Shown here piece after piece: positions 25,456 through 39,209 of a DNA stretch of 64,000 bases; the first letter of the stretch is position 1, and each line of letters starts with the position of its first letter. This DNA comes from Octopus vulgaris. Its lineage: Eukaryota. Location of the stretch: positions 42,594,001 to 42,658,000 of the forward strand of contig OX597837.1 of the NCBI GenBank assembly GCA_951406725.2, read 5' to 3'. Position numbers and translations under genes: made by a program. Under the pieces are notes generated by a model that ran no database searches, had not been told where the DNA came from, and was given only the letters and a program-made list of their open reading frames with translations.

Positions 25456-27228
25456 TAGAGAGACATGGATTACAGTTCAGTTATTGCTATTTATCCCTAA
25501 ACCAGTTGTGATAAATTAGACCCCTGATCAACGGTATTCCAGCCTTGACTATTCCATCTTGTTTGTATATCTATTACTACTAAATTTTTCTACATGTCCT
25601 CCTCATTTTATGATGGGCCGGTGTAATTCACAGAAATCTGGCTGCTATTTCTAAAAGGCTGCTGGCCATCAAGAGGCTCTTGCCTATTGAACTGTTTGAA
25701 GATTAGCTCTGATTCCTGAATTAAAATCATTCCGATTCATTTGCTTCGCTAATACATCCTTGATAAAGCAAGCTGTAAATGTTATAATTTAAATCTCCTC
25801 CTCATCTTTGAAACGGAGTCCTTGAACCTAATTATGAAAGCAATATAGTGCAAGCTACAGTAAGGTACAAAGGATTAGTCTCCCAGCTTGTTATCTCAGT
25901 ACAAAGAACTTGTTATTCATGGGAAAGACAGAGACATGGATGGATGACAGAGAAATTAGTTATATGTGCCATGGGCGGTAATTCATTATCCTCAATCTTT
26001 TCTGTCCTGTATTAATTAAAAGTTACAAAAGGGCTAACAATAAGTTTTGCCTTTAAAACTATCATCATCATCATTAGTATTTGTTATAATTGTTTACCAA
26101 GAACAAAATGCCATGGCCACAGTGGACAGTACATTATTTTTCTTTGTGTAATTTCTGAAGCGAATAAGCAATTTTAATTCAGATGATGTATAAATATACA
26201 TAATATACAATGCTGAAGATGGTACAATTGATAATGTTGATAATTATATATTACTTGGATACTGAAAGCATCAAATACACAGAGCTCTTAAAATGATTTT
26301 TTTTTTTTTTTTAAATGTCTCCTTAAAAAGCAGAAAAGAGAAAAGAACAAAAAATTTCTACAGACAAGGAATAATGAAATTGAGAGAGTAGAAGTGAAAG
26401 ATATAGGTAAAAAAAAAAAATTGAAATATCTTCAAAATAAGAAAATTAGGCGGAATAAGTAGCTAAACATGATATGTTAAGTATTATAACATATGACACT
26501 TTGTTTTTTAATTGAAAGATTAGCATGAACAGGTGGAGTAAAAAAAAACTTTTGCTTACCAATTAAAAGAATCAAATGCTTCTTACCTACAAAAGAAAGA
26601 AGAGACAATGTTTAAAATATGTCTTCCAAAGTTGTACATACTCTTCAGAGTTGGTAATTATTAAATGGAGTCTCAAAGCAAAAATAATACACGACTCAAA
26701 TTAGTGGTTTTCACATGTATAAGCATATGTATCTATGTACAGAAACACATGTATTTATATATACAGACATGTATTTCTATCTTTTCATTTACAAGTCTAA
26801 ATGGTGATATGTCTGAAGAGGACGAAGATTGAAAACATCAAAACATTATAAATTTACACACATGGACACAGATATGGCTGTGTGGTTAATAAGCTTGCTT
26901 CTCAATCAGAGTTTTGGGTTCAGTCCCAATGTGTAGGAGTAAAGAAGCAGCAAGCCCAGCAGATAATTTGGACCTTTCAATTTTTTTTTTTTTTATATTT
27001 TGTTTTTCTGCTTAGAAATCTAAGCTTTCACAAGAAAATAGTTTTCTTGTGAAAATATTTGCTATTTAATCAGAAACAAAGGAAAGTTTTAAATTTAGCA
27101 AAAGAAATTGTTAGAACAGCTACCAACTACTATTGAACAATAGAATAAAGATTCCATAAAATGCTTATTGTTTCCTCAATACTCCATAAAGAAACAGTTT
27201 TGCATTTTGAAGTAAAAGCATGTAATTT

Positions 27229-27578
27229 TTACCTCTGCCTTAGCAAAGGTATTGCTTTTCAGTTGTGTTTGTTTGTCTATGGACAAGATATCTCAAAGAC
27301 CACTGAGTGGATTTGGATGAAACTTTCAGGGATGTTTGGCCTCATGACTGACATGAACTGATTAGATTTTGGGATCGATCTGGTATGGGACAAGGATTTT
27401 GGATTATTTTTTTTTACTTAATTTTTGAGAGCAGTCAGGTTCATTTTTAGTATTCTCGTTTGTGAGAGCGGTTGAGTTTATTTCAGATATTGACATTTTA
27501 AAAATCCTCTCCAGCTAATTGTTGAGAGGATGTTGGTGTTGCCTTGCCAGAGGTTTACGATCTCTGAGTGCTCTTGTT
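27229..27578 (+). mobile_element. Helentron/HINE-like element, second copy
   Basis: TTACCTCTGCCTTAGCAAAGGTATTG...GTTTGTTTGTCT...CCTTGCCAGAGGTTTACGATCTCTGAGTGCTCTTGTT. Inverted relative to 20453-20760. Confidence 0.7.
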
Positions 27579-30417
27579 TAAAAGGGTTTCTGAACTTTCA
27601 AGATGACAAAGGAGATATAATATGAATGGCCTAGCAGCAAGTATCTAGCTTTGCTATAATAACAAATTATATCAATCTCTCCCTTTTCATCTAGAAATAA
27701 ATTTTTATTATGATTATTGAAATGCTGTGCAATAATGGAAGGTATATTTCTGGGGGAAAAAAGTGTTGGGGAGAAAACTGCACATTGAAATAAAAAAATA
27801 TATAAGTTACACGAAGGGACCAAGTTTCAGTTCTGGGACTTGAACAAGTGACCTGTGAAATAAAAGGCTTTTTTTTTCATACACATACACAGAATATTTT
27901 TAATATCACTACTAAGTTCTTTAGATATTTTGCTATCTTTACTGCAGCTCATATTATTTTCATCATCATTTTATGTCTACTTTTCCCTGCTTGCATGGGT
28001 CAGATGGAATTTGTTGAGACAAATTTTCTACAGGCAGATGATGTCTTTCTTGTTGCCAGCTTTCGCCTGCTTCCAAACAAGTCAATATTTCTCCATGGCC
28101 AGACATGATTTTCACGGAAGATTGGAAACAAAGAACACTGCTTACATGATAGTGACACTGGTTTACAAGTTCTTACCACCAGCCATTCCTGCACCTATAC
28201 AGGCACACTTATGCCAATGGATTATCATATATCATAACTGGGAAACAGTCACAACATTCGTAACATATTTCCAAAGGGTCAATCACTAGCTCACTGAATT
28301 TCTGATGCTAAGAATCACAAGGGAGTGTCTGTAATTCACAGAATAATTATTGCAAAAGATTACATGTGAAATGCACCTGTTCTTTAGGTTTTTCACACTG
28401 ACAAACATCAGTGAAAGCATGTACACACACGAAGGACTTCCATAGAGTTTACAGCTACCAAATTCCACTCAGTAAGTATTTGTCATCTTAAGATTATGGT
28501 TACAACAAGCAACCTGCTCAAAGTATCATACAGTTTGATCAAAACCTAGAAACATGTGGTTGCAAAACTGATTCCTTAACTAGAGACCCATAACTAGGAC
28601 ACAAATCATTTTTGCATCCTCTTTTCCATTCTAGTACGGACTGGACGAGCCCCCTCCAACACAACATTTCCCCTTTTGTTGCATTTCTATGACATCTCCA
28701 TCATGAGGCTCAACATCCTGAGATGAACTTCCACCACCAACTTTTACCCAAGCCTTCCTTGATTTTCTTCAACAATTTCCATGCAGTTGGTTGACCAGTA
28801 CCACGTTGCTTATGTCCACATTGCTTCTGTGTATATCTAGCAGGGTATACTCACTTTATTGCTCTCTAAATTTTGCCCATCCTCTGTATTTAATATCCTT
28901 GTCATTCTACAACACAGCATTGCATTTTATACACAATTCAGCATGTCTGTCCCCAATGTAGACACCACTACAATCCACAAGCGCACAGAGCTGGACTGGG
29001 CATGGCCCAAGTTGTGATGCTGTACTCCATGTATTTCATTACTCTATGCAAGATTATGCAATACATCCCCCTGCCAGGTGGGGGCATAGCATTATTGGAA
29101 AAACAGATAACTGGATCATGCCTTATCATTCACCTGATTACCTGTGTGTGTCACAGGTAGCACATGCTTGATCAGAGCTGACCTGGGGTTATACAACCAC
29201 TACTGACATCAAAGGGATGACATCCAACTTCATCAGGATTTGATATTTGACCTTTATAAATAAATGAGAGATCATCATTAAGCTATCCACATCCAGTTCT
29301 TTGTGTTCTTCGTCACCTCAGCTGCCCTAATGAGAGAAATTATTAACATACGACAGATGAGAGCATTAGCTGGTTATCAATACACCACAAGAACATTTAA
29401 TTACTTGTGATATTTTGACCACTGCAGTTAATTATGCTAATATTACATTTAGTATCGTCGTTCGTGTATGTAACCTAACCAGCGATCATCCAAGAATAAC
29501 AACATTGAAATGTGATTGGTGTTATGGAATAATGGTGAGGAAGAAGAAGAAGAAGAAAGATGATAGTTTAGGTGAAAACCTCTGACAATATTGCAAGCGG
29601 TAGGAATAAATATTTGGATGTGATAGATAGAGTCTAGTAGGCATGATCAGTTAAACTATGTAGCAGAGCTGGCCAGAGTCCAACAAACAAAGCTTGTGCA
29701 CACTAAAATGTCACCTGATTCGAGTGAGGTATGGTTTCCATTGTGCATGTATTGACATAAAGGAAACAGAGAGACGAAGAGAAGAATGAACGAGGCATAT
29801 CAAGAGGGAGAGAAAGAAGTGGGGGAGAAGTAATAACAAGAGCTGAACAGTGATGAGAGAAAAAAGAATTATTAAAACTTAGAACATACAAAAATCAAAG
29901 TGTGGCTGAATACTAATATTGAAAATTAAACAAACTAACCTTTGATAAAAACAGAGCTTTTTTTTTTCTCTAATACAATCATTTTTTCACTTTTTTCCTA
30001 TCAGAGGATACCATAATGAGTGTGTGAATTTGGATATTAAGATGAATGTATAAATTAGAATATTCAGATGAGAGTGGAAATTTGGATATTAAGATGAGTG
30101 TTACCTAGGTAACCTAAATCAGCTGTTGGGGGGAAGATTTTCTGAAAGCATAGTAACCAGAATAAGAACAAGGTTTGAAGAAAAAAAAAATTATCAGGGA
30201 GTTATTACTTCAGCTGGTAATAAGGGGATATTTTTTTCTTCAAATGATGGTTAGATTACATGTTGCTTGTGTATAAAGCACAACACAGCAGGGTAGTATG
30301 AAAGGACACCGACTGCAGAGGATGTGCAAAAGCTGGAGAGGGGTGGAGCAGGTATGGCCCACTGAACAGATAGACAGATAGATAGATAGATAGATAGCAG
30401 ACTTCCACACAGTTTCT

Positions 30418-30829
30418 TATTTCTTTACTACCCACAAGGGGCTACACACAGAGGAAACAAACAAGGACAGACAAACAGATTAAGTCAATTATATAAACCC
30501 CAGTGCATAACTGGTACTTATTTAATTGACCCCAAAAGGACGAAAGGCAAAGTCGACCTCAGCGGAATTTGAACTCAGAACGTAACGGCAGACAAATACC
30601 TATTTCTTTACTACCTACAAGGGGCTAAACACAGAAGGGACAGACAAATGGATTAAGTCGATTATATCGACCCCAGTGCATAACTGGTACTTATTTAATC
30701 GACTCCAAAAGGATGAAAGGCAAAGTCGACCTCGGCGGAATTTGATCTAACAACGTAACGGCAGACGAAATACTGCGAAGCACCTTGCCCAGCATGTTAA
30801 CGTTTCTGCCACCTCGCCGCCTTATACAT
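30418..30829 (-). mobile_element. SINE family B dimer
   Basis: Two units. TSD ACAGTTTCT at 30409-30417 and 30830-30838. Confidence 0.88.
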
Positions 30830-30876
30830 ACAGTTTCTACCTACCAAATCCATTCCCATGCTAGGACACAATCTTG

Positions 30877-31060
30877 AAGTGGTTAGTGTAAATGAGTGAC
30901 GTAGTACAGATGAACCAAGAGAAAAACTGGGTATAAGAGGAATTAGGTGTAAGTGAGCAGGCAACTGTGTTTGTATGGATATGCAATGCACAAAGATGTT
31001 GACTTGGAAGAAAATTAGAGAAGACTTGGATAAAAGTTGGCGATGAAGGCCAATTTCAAG
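30877..31060 (+). pseudogene. Highly decayed RTE LINE RT C-terminal remnant
   Basis: VSVNE*RSTDEPREKLGIRGIRC..RQLCLYGYAM parallels VSVHAKQSVSILREMLDIRSIRC..RRLRWYGHVL of the element at 53 kb. Confidence 0.6.
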
Positions 31061-31509
31061 ATGTTGAGCTTCACAATGGAGATGACAAAAAAAAAAAATG
31101 AAGGATGTTGTGTTGGAAAGAACACAACACGCAGCCCGGTCTGAAATTCGAACTCACAATCTTAAGCTCGACACTCTAACCACTGAGCCATGCGCCTTAC
31201 AACAAATATCGCTATAAAAGTAACTTATTTCAACATCATTAAACTGATAATGACAATGATGATGTAATTAAAAACTGCAGCAGAAATTTACAGTTCAATT
31301 TCATTCAACTAGAAAAATCGATAAACAGTCTTTGATTTTTAAGATTAGAATTACATAGAAAAGAACATAAACAATTTTTGAAGTTACATACTGACGTCAG
31401 GTTATTTCTTTTGAGATGAGCATCAACACTTAGGACATGATGGAAAATAAGATTTATAAACACTAGTTATAAATGACTGAAGCAGTATATCAAAGCAAAA
31501 ACATCAAAG

Positions 31510-31830
31510 CTGGCAGTCTGCCAGTTACAACGGTGAAGGTTCCAGCTGATCCAAACAACAGAATAGCCTACTCGGAAAATTAATGTAAAGGTGGGCAAGT
31601 GCTTCACAGACATGCACATCCTTAGTGTAGTTCTCTCTCAGAGAGATTCAACACGAAACAATGTGACGTGGCCTGGCCCTTTGAACTACAAGTACAACAC
31701 ATTTTTGCCAGTTGAATGGATTGGAACAACATGAAATAAAGAGCCTTGCTCAAGGATACTACAAATCGCCGGGAATTGAACTCACAACGTTATGATCATG
31801 AGCCAAATACCCTAACCACTTAGCCATGAA
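31510..31830 (-). mobile_element. SINE family C (tRNA head, CTTGAGCAAG core)
   Basis: Minus strand TGGCTAAGTGGTTAGGG...GAGTTCAATTCC...CCTTGAGCAAGG. Similar to 38900. Confidence 0.75.
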
Positions 31831-32188
31831 GCAGTATAATGATGCTCAGATGGACTTGCAGAATTTTTTAACATCACATTCTGAGTTCAAAATTCAGTGA
31901 AGTCAATTTAGTTTCCATCCTTCTAAGGCAAATAAAATAAGTGTTACTTGCAGACTAGATCTGGCTTAATAAATTATAATTGTAACAATATCTCTTTCAA
32001 TTAGGTCTTCTAGGCTTCAGAGGAAAATTATAGTACTTGGTATCTTTTACTTGTTTCAGTAGTCATGCTGGGATACAGCCTTGGAGAGGTTAGTTAGTTA
32101 ACAGACACACAGACAGAATGACAGACAGACAGCTAGATAGACAGGCAGACAGAGAGATATATATATACAATAGATTTCCACAGTTTCT

Positions 32189-32626
32189 TATTTCTTTACT
32201 ACCCACAAGGGGTTAAACAGAGAGAGGACAAACAAGGACAGACAAATGGATTAAGTCGATTACACTGACCCCAGTGCGTAACTGGTACTTTATTTATCGA
32301 TCCCGATAGAATGAAAGGCAAAGCCGACCTCGGTGGAATTTGAACGCAGAATGTAACAGCAGACGAAATACCTATTTCTTTACTACCCACAAGGGGCTAA
32401 ACACAGAGAGGACAAACAAGGACAGACAAATGGATTAAGTCGATCACATCGACCCCAGTGCATAACTGGTACTTTATTTATCGACCCCGAAAGGATGAAA
32501 GGCAAAGTCGACCTTGGCAGAATTTGAACTCAGAACTTAATGGCAGACAAAATACCGGTAAGCATTTCGCCCGGTGTGCTAACATTTCAGCCAGCTCGTC
32601 GCCTTTCTTTTCCACAAAACTGTTTG
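32189..32626 (-). mobile_element. SINE family B dimer
   Basis: Two units. 16-bp TSD GATTTCCACAGTTTCT at 32173-32188 and 32627-32642. Confidence 0.9.
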
Positions 32627-33083
32627 GATTTCCACAGTTTCTACCTACAAAATCCACTCACAAGGCTTTGGCTGGCCAAGGGGTATAGTAGAATACACTT
32701 GCGCAAGGTGCCATAGAGAGAGTTGAACCCAAGACCACATGGTTGGGAAGCAAGCTTCTTTGCCATACAGTTACATCTATAAGACGTCTCTACGAGTGCA
32801 GGTGCCTCTCCTGCCTAACGACAAGGACCAACGCCTTTGTAAAATACCCAGCCATCCTCTCAGATCACTTGAGCTGTGCCTTTCTTCCATACAAATTGAC
32901 AACTGAGAATCAAACAAATCACACAGAACTGATGTCTCTCTCTGGCCTCTAAAGATCTTTTGAATTAAATAGCCAAGTCTCTGTATTACTCTATTGCATC
33001 ACACTCCATAACAGATTTCTCTCACACCACACACCCACGACTGATTGCATTATTATCGTCATTATCATTATTATTATTATTAC

Positions 33084-33116
<33 letters not shown>

Positions 33117-33267
33117 CAACATCATACCTAACCATAAAAAATGAAAAAACAAAAAAAAAAAATTATGATATCTGCGCAAGGCAATATATGATAATCTCAA
33201 TTGAGATTTACACCAGTTGAAGATAAGGAAATTAATGTCAATGTTATTATTTATCAAGCTTTGAATT

Positions 33268-33298
<31 letters not shown>

Positions 33299-33401
33299 AA
33301 AATGAAAACAAAAAAAAGAAAGAAAGGAAGAAAGAAACAACATAAAGCTATGAATAAGAGTATTTTATCTCCCGAACAGAAATCACAATGGTTTGCAAAC
33401 A

Positions 33402-33444
<43 letters not shown>

Positions 33445-33901
33445 ATACTATGACGAAAGGAAAGTTACATAATTAGCAAAGTTTGAAATGCAGATGGGAA
33501 ACCAAATATATGTGTATGTATATGCGTGTATATATGTATATATATATATGTGTGTGTGTGTGTGTATATGCAGTGATAACATCATTAATATTGGCTATAT
33601 TCTATATTATATATAAGCCTATTTTGCCGGTAATTGTCTACCAAATATAGGAAGGATATTTCGTTTTATCATGAAAACAATATTGTGGTGTTGATGGTGG
33701 TGGTCGTTGTGATGGTAGTGGTAGGGAGTAGGAGATGATGGCAAATGGCAGGAGGAGGGGGGCATTCTCCCAAGTAATGTCAATAAGTTTCCAATTAAGA
33801 TAAAACATTCTCACAATGGTTTCCTACTATAAAGTATATAGAAATTTATACACACGTGTGTATGTGTGTGTATATATATATATATATATATACACACACA
33901 T

Positions 33902-33946
<45 letters not shown>

Positions 33947-34469
33947 ACCATTTTTTTGGTTTTCCAGTCTACAAACTCTGAAATACACAAAGTTGGAAAG
34001 GGTGTAATAGATTCTCTTTAAGAACGATATGAAACAGTATAGAAACCGAGTCAAGTGTTAAAAAGTTTTTCACTCGAGTTGCGAGCATGTTGAGATCGTA
34101 TAAAGACTTTCAATAACATGCTTGGATTGGTTACAGAAGCAATGTGATAAATGCAATAAGAGAGAAATAAAAGCTGCCGAGGCTATCTTAACAGAATGAA
34201 TGTATTATAAGTACTTCTGAATTGTGTAAGTCATTATAAAGGTTATGCACCGATTTTATTCTTCTTACTTAAGTCTTGTGGTACTTTGGGGGATAACCAA
34301 TAAAATCCATTACATCTTTTATATTGCTTTTATTTTATGATGATGGTTCTTTATGACGGTCCGCAGGAAACCTGGTAGCTTAACTTATCAATAGGAAATG
34401 ATCAAATCAACTAAATACAACAGAAAATACCAGACTGGAAAAAGAATGTTCACCTGCAATAGTTGAATA

Positions 34470-35172
34470 ATAATAATAATTCTTTTGCATTTATCCTGGT
34501 ACAAGGTGAGCGATTTTAGGGAAAGGAATTAGTCAATTACAATGATACCGCCCACCCCAAGTGATCTACTGGTATTATTTTATTTACCCCTGAAAAGACG
34601 AGAGGCAAACTTGCCCTTGGTGGTTTTTGAACTCAGAACATAAGGATTCAGAAGAATGGCCACTAAGCATTTTATCCAACATGCTAACAATTCTGCCAGC
34701 TTGCCACAGTAATTAATAACAACAACAATAATAATCCTTTCTACTATAGGACCAAGGCTTAGTCAATTACATCAACCCTAGTGGTTGACTGGTACTTGTT
34801 TTATTGACCCCAAAAGGATGAAAGGCAAAGTCAACCTCGGCGGAATTTGAACTCAGAACGTAGCAGCAGACGAAATACTGTTAAGCATTTCGCCTGGCTT
34901 GCTATCATTTCTGCCAGCTCACAATAATAATAATGATGATGATGATTTCTTTTATTGGCCACAATGATTTCAAATTTTGACACAAGGCCAGCAATTTGGG
35001 GTGAGTGGATTAATCAATTGCATTGGTCCTAGTGCTTAACTGGTACTTATTTTTTACGGCCCATGAAGTGATGAAAGGCAAAGTTGACCTTGGCACTATT
35101 TGAACTGAAAACATAAAGAGCCAAAACAAATGATGCTAAGCATTTTGTTTGACACACCAACAATTCCAGCAG
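34470..35172 (-). mobile_element. Three consecutive family B SINEs (alternative-tail subfamily)
   Basis: Three diverged copies of ...aaggcaaagtcaacctcggcggaatttgaactcagaac... separated by (AAT)n. Confidence 0.75.
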
Positions 35173-35356
35173 AAACAATGGAAGATAGGATAATTCGATG
35201 AATCACTTAAGAATTACAGAACAAGAGAGATAGCTTTAGAAATGTGAAGAGAAATTAAGAGGCAGTTGAAAATATTAAATATGGATCACTGCCACTAACA
35301 TCATCATAATTCTTATGTTTGTTTTTCCATACTTGTATGAAGTGGACAAGTTCTTC

Positions 35357-35567
35357 GAGCGATGTTAGGGGGGGGGGGACAAACACAGACACACACATAT
35401 ACATATATACGACGGGCTTCTTTCAGTTTATGTCCACCAAATCCACTCACATGGCTTTGTTCGGCTGGAGGCTACAGTAGAAGGCACTTGCCCAAGGTGC
35501 CACGCAGTGGGACTGAACCCGGAACCATGTGGTTGGTAAGCAAGCTACTTACCACACAGCCACTCCT
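35357..35567 (-). mobile_element. SINE family A, 5' half
   Basis: Matches the reverse complement of 22392-22640. Confidence 0.85.
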
Positions 35568-37557
35568 GGTACTTTATTAGCACTTCATTTTATCGAGGCT
35601 GGAGTGACGAAAAACAAACGTGATCTTGACAAGATTTGAACTCAGAAAATAGTGTAAGAAGACGTGCCACGAGGTATTTCATCTGATGCTTATATAACTC
35701 TTATGAATCTACTAATAATAGATTACATGAAAAAGCAAAAAAAATAGGCAACCTATTTCTTTGGGCAATGGCAGTGTCAAATATCAAATGTGGCTTGTTT
35801 ACAGTGAATTAGTTTGGCTACACCCAATATTGACCACATTTTCACTCACGTTGAAAGACTGCCCTCAATTAGAAACTACTAATCACTCATCCTTTTGCCT
35901 ATCCACCCAAAGTGTCATTGAATTCTGACCTTATAATGAATGACAAAAATGGGCACATTTTTTGTATTAGTTTTTACCTGTGTGTTTTATTTCATGATTT
36001 AGTCAGGGTTGGGAAAGGACAATACACACAAATTTTCCAAAATTATTGGAGGAGGGAAGTATGAATCATTGATTGCTGCAATTGAGAGCAACATTATCAT
36101 CATCATCATTACCACTGTTATATGTTCATGTTTTTCTCCCATGCTGGTGTGGCCTGAATTTATTGAGACATATACCCTTCCTGTTATATGCTCAGACCTA
36201 GTTTAAATGTTTGCACCAGGATGGGCTCTAAGGAAAATACCCAGAAGTTAGTTGGTAGTGATGGTGGTAATAACAGTAGAGACATTTACTCAGGTGACAG
36301 TTTAAGCTTGTGAATTAGCACTGACCTTGCAGTAGGTCTTATTCACAAGCTTTCCCTGTTGCAGTGTGTTGGTTTATTTCTCTCTATATGTGGCAGCACA
36401 AATAGTTGACTGATGGAGGCCTCTAATAACAAACAAGAAGCTAAATAATTAATGGCTATTTTAGAAGTTCTAAAATTTATCTAACAGAATAATAATAACT
36501 ATAAAATTTGCCTATCATCATCATCATCATCATTTAACATTTGTTTTCTATGCTGGCATGGGTTGGAGGGTTTGACAGTGAGCTGCCCAGGTTCCAATCT
36601 GTTACAGCATAGTTTCTATGGCTGGATGCCTTTTCCAATGCCAACCATTTCAGAGAGTGTACTGGGTGCTTTTTTACATGGCACCAGCATGGGTGCCTCT
36701 ATGTGACATCACAACAGCTGCTTTTATGCGACACCAGCACAGTTGCTTTCACATGGCACAGGCACAAGTGCCTAATAAACTGATAATTTCTTTAGCAGGT
36801 ATTTCCTCAGCTCAAGACAGATCAGGGTTATTTTGAGGAGGCGGGGGCAGCGCAGTTTAATGCAAGCAACATTGACTCAAGGTAAAAGAACAAAACAAAA
36901 ACCCCCAAAAAATAATGGAGAAACTACAGAAGATTAAGAGAAGATGGGGTGGGATTAGCAAAAGTATGCCAAAGAACAGACATATTTCTAAACAAAACAC
37001 TTACTAGAAGCAATGACAACAACCACACAGAAACAGTACAAACAATATATTTTGACAACTAAGTAAGACAGTCTGTTGATACTATGGAGACAGCATCTCT
37101 ACTATTTGCTACTTACTCTCAAGTACAAGTAAGTATAAGTGTATTTTTAAATCCATGCATAGAAATTGTCTGCAATTATGGATCAAAAGAAACGGATAAG
37201 TTTCTGTTGTTTAGGCAACATAAACAGAGAGAAGATCTCTTGTTTATTATAAAGCAAGTCAGTTTGTAAAGCCTGGTAGTATCTGGAGCTTGTTGTAGTC
37301 ACTGAATGAAAGGAGATTAAGGTATTTTGGTTTTCCTACAGACAAGAAGAAAGAGAAAAGAGATTATCTACACAAAAAGGACTGGTTGCATAAAGCATGT
37401 GCGTTAGCGATCTAATGCTGTGTGACAGTGAAACGCGAGTAGTAGTGGGAGGAGGGGATGAGATAAGACGAAGAAACCAAGAGAATTCAAGTGCAGATTT
37501 CAAAAGAGAATAGAACACACACACACACACACATTGAAATTGAAGATTACTTTTGAT

Positions 37558-37613
<56 letters not shown>

Positions 37614-37685
37614 GGCAGTAGTAGTAAATCTCCAGTGTAATGGATATCTACTACAAAAATGTGCAAAGTGGGGTGTGGGTGTATG

Positions 37686-37718
<33 letters not shown>

Positions 37719-37988
37719 GTATTTATGTATGTATGTAACTATGTATGTGTGTATGTAACTGTGTGTGTGTGTTGTGTGTATATATATATATATATATAAA
37801 TAAAGGACTAACTTGACAAAAAGCTAATTCAGCATAAATACAAGACCTAGAGAAGAAACAAAAGCAGACCTTGGCTGATGTGAAGAAAAATCTTCACACA
37901 CACACACACAAAGTGATGGTGGCAGCTGATAATGGGCAACATACATATATACACACACCAAACTGATGGCAGCTGATAATGGACAATT

Positions 37989-38040
<52 letters not shown>

Positions 38041-38479
38041 CACACACATACATACACACAGACACACATACATATGCTGAAAATATGTTTCAACACAGCT
38101 AATGTTTAGTCACCTCAGATTAGTGACTTCTCAGATAAATTATTCAAAAATATTCATCCTGATTCCTCATTATAGACAAAAAAAAAAAGTTAATAAATTA
38201 TAAATAGAGAAAAATAATAAGCAATAAATAAACAGAACAAAAAACCAAATACACACGAGATTTTTGTCTCGCAATACAACCAAATGTTGACTTTGACTAA
38301 GTGCAGTTTGATATAATTGGATTATTAACATCATCTCCTGTATATCTGTGTTCTACACTAAACTTAGGTCAGTGTATTCTCCAAAAGTCTTCAGTACCCC
38401 ATTTCCAATATCAGATCTCTTACTACTAAAGAAGAATGCTTTTTAACTACTAAAGAAGAATGCTTTTTAACTACCAATA

Positions 38480-38882
38480 GGCGCAGGAGTGGCTGTGTGG
38501 TAAGTAGCTTGCTAACCAACCACATGGTTCCGGGTTCAGTCCCACTGCGCGGCATCTTGGGCAAGAGTCTTCTGCTATAGCCTCGGGCCGACCAAAGCCT
38601 TGTGAGTGGATTTGGTAGACGGAAACTGAAAGAAGCCTGTCGTATATATGTATGTGTGCGTGTATGTTTGTGTGTCTGTGTTTGTCCCCCTAGCATTGCT
38701 TGACAACCGGTGCTGGTGTGTTTACGTCCCCGTCACTTAGCGGTTCGGCAAAAGAGACCGATAGAATAAGTACTGGGCTTACAAAGAATAAGTCCCGGGG
38801 TCGATTTGCTCGACCAAAGGCGGTGCCCCAGCATGGCCGCAGTCAAATGACTGAAACAAGTAAAAGAGAAAAGAGAAAGAGA
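38480..38882 (+). mobile_element. SINE family A, full length
   Basis: Nearly identical to 22392-22812. Confidence 0.92.
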
Positions 38883-38898
38883 ATGTATTATTTGAATA

Positions 38899-39190
38899 TG
38901 TGGCTTAGCGGTTAGAGTATTCAGCTCATGATCACAAGGTTGTGAGTTCAATACCTGGCAGCATGTTGTGCCCTTGAGCAAGATACTTTATTTCACATTG
39001 CTCCAATCCATTCAGCTGGCAAAAATGAGTTGCACCTATATTTCAAAGAGCCGACTTTGTCACATTCTAGAGAACTACATTAAGGGTATGTGTGTCTGTG
39101 AAGCGCTCACCCACTTGCACGGTAATTTCATGAGCAGGTGGTTCTTTTGATCAGATCAACTAGAACCTTTATTATTGTAATTGATGGAGC
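38899..39190 (+). mobile_element. SINE family C
   Basis: TGGCTTAGCGGTTAGAG, GAGTTCAATACC, CCCTTGAGCAAG...CAGCTGGCAAAAATGAG. Confidence 0.8.
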
Positions 39191-39209
39191 GCACAGGTAA
39201 ACAAAATAA

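Noticed and set aside
24365-25458. His/Thr/Cys-rich repeat protein, or a CRISPR-like array
   Set aside because: The frame shifts every unit. There are no unique spacers and no cas genes, and the context is eukaryotic.
28620-28960. Possible RTE remnant (GWAKFRE on the minus strand); similar at ~45500
   Set aside because: Too decayed to delimit or assign with confidence.
34083-34124. Hairpin AGCATGTT...AACATGCT as a possible pre-miRNA
   Set aside because: Stem too short and no known mature miRNA recognised.
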